64,000 nt of DNA from Eledone cirrhosa (taxonomy: Eukaryota): assembly GCA_964016885.1 (NCBI GenBank), contig OZ024740.1, forward strand, positions 429,908,001 to 429,972,000, in the 5' to 3' direction. This document shows, in pieces, positions 62,882 through 64,000 of the stretch. A program made the position numbers and the translations under genes. Below the pieces are notes generated by a model. It had not been told where the DNA came from, did not search any database, and saw nothing but the letters and a program-made list of their open reading frames with translations. Each line of letters begins with the position of its first letter. Position 1 is the first letter of the stretch.

Positions 62882-64000
62882 CAACCTAATATTACTACCC
62901 ATATCATTACTGTTATATTATTCTAAATAACAACCTAATATTTCTACCTATATCATTACTGTTATATTATTCTAAATATCAACCTAATATTACTACCTAT
63001 ATCATTAGTGTTATATTATTTTAAATAACAACCTAATATTACTACCTATATCATTACTGTTATATTATTCTAAATAACAACCTAATATTACTACCTATAT
63101 CATTACTGTTATATTATTCTAAATAACAACCTAATATTACTGCCTATATCATTACTGTTATATTATTCTAAATAACAACCTAATATTACTACCTATATCA
63201 TTACTGTTATATTATATTAAATAACAACCTAATATTACTACCTATATCATTACTGTTATATTATTCTAAATAACAACCTAATATTACTACCTATATCATT
63301 ACTGGTATATTATTCTAAATAACAACCTAATATTACTACCTATATCATTACTGTTATAATATTCTAAATAACAACCTAATATTACTACCTATATCATTAC
63401 TGTTATATTATTCTAAATAACAACCTAATATTACTACCTATATCATTACTGTTATATTATTCTAAATAACAACCTAATATTACTACCTATGTCATTACTG
63501 TTATATTATTTTAAATAACAACCTAATATTACTACCTATATCATTACTGTTATATTATTCTAAATAACAACCTAATATTGCTACCTATATCATTACTGTT
63601 ATATTATTCTAAATAACAACCTAATATTACTACCTATATCATTACTGTTATATTATTCTAAATAACAACCTAATATTGCTACCTATATCATTACTGTTAT
63701 ATTATTCTAAATAACAACCTAATATTACTACCTATATTATTACTGTTATATTATTCTAAATAACAACCTAATATTACTACCTATGTCATTACTGTTATAT
63801 TATTTTAAATAACAACCTAATATTACTACCTATATCATTACTGTTATATTATTCTAAATAACAACCTAATATTGCTACCTATATCATTACTGTTATATTA
63901 TTCTAAATAACAACCTAATATTACTGCCTATATCATTACTGTTATATTATTCTAAATAACAACCTAATATTACTACCTATATCATTACTGTTATATTATT

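Larger units (their letters stand above)
1..64000. repeat. 49-bp AT-rich tandem satellite array (~1,300 monomers), interrupted only by two SINE insertions
   Basis: The unit CCTAATATTACTACCTATATCATTACTGTTATATTATTCTAAATAACAA recurs every 49 bp from base 1 to the end, in the same orientation. Most monomers carry 0-2 substitutions. The array is truncated by both window edges. Confidence 0.99.

Noticed and set aside
1-64000. CRISPR array
   Set aside because: The repeats are contiguous with no unique spacers, no leader and no cas genes.
1-64000. Repetitive protein-coding ORF
   Set aside because: Each monomer has several TAA/TAG on both strands, and because 49 is not a multiple of 3 every frame is closed within ~150 bp. 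The + strand consensus lacks TGA and would be open only under a TAA/TAG-reassigned code. That follows trivially from having one G per monomer, and indels plus an animal-type SINE argue against coding.
1-64000. Information-bearing code or a fixed higher-order repeat in the order of variants
   Set aside because: Periods vary (10-114 monomers) and are explained by nested duplications. No single fixed HOR length or non-duplication pattern was evident.

Overview
The window is almost entirely one head-to-tail, single-orientation AT-rich tandem array of about 1,300 copies of a 49-bp monomer (consensus CCTAATATTACTACCTATATCATTACTGTTATATTATTCTAAATAACAA; 10/49 = ~20% GC, 9 C vs 1 G, no CpG). It runs off both ends of the window and looks like eukaryotic satellite DNA. 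The only non-satellite sequence is two identical 191-bp tRNA-derived SINE-like insertions (52183-52373 and 62677-62867). Each has Pol III A/B boxes, a ~14-bp target-site duplication and a T4 run just downstream; from memory they resemble the abundant octopus tRNA-SINEs (unverified). Rare monomer variants act as markers for nested multi-monomer duplications (10, 11, 17, 32, 41, 47, 85, 87 and ~114 monomers), for spatially restricted variant domains, and for SINE-free copies of the insertion site. I found no protein-coding gene, CRISPR array or intact RNA gene, and no well-supported novel system. The most interesting signal is an apparently intact Pol III SINE unit that was copied along with the satellite.
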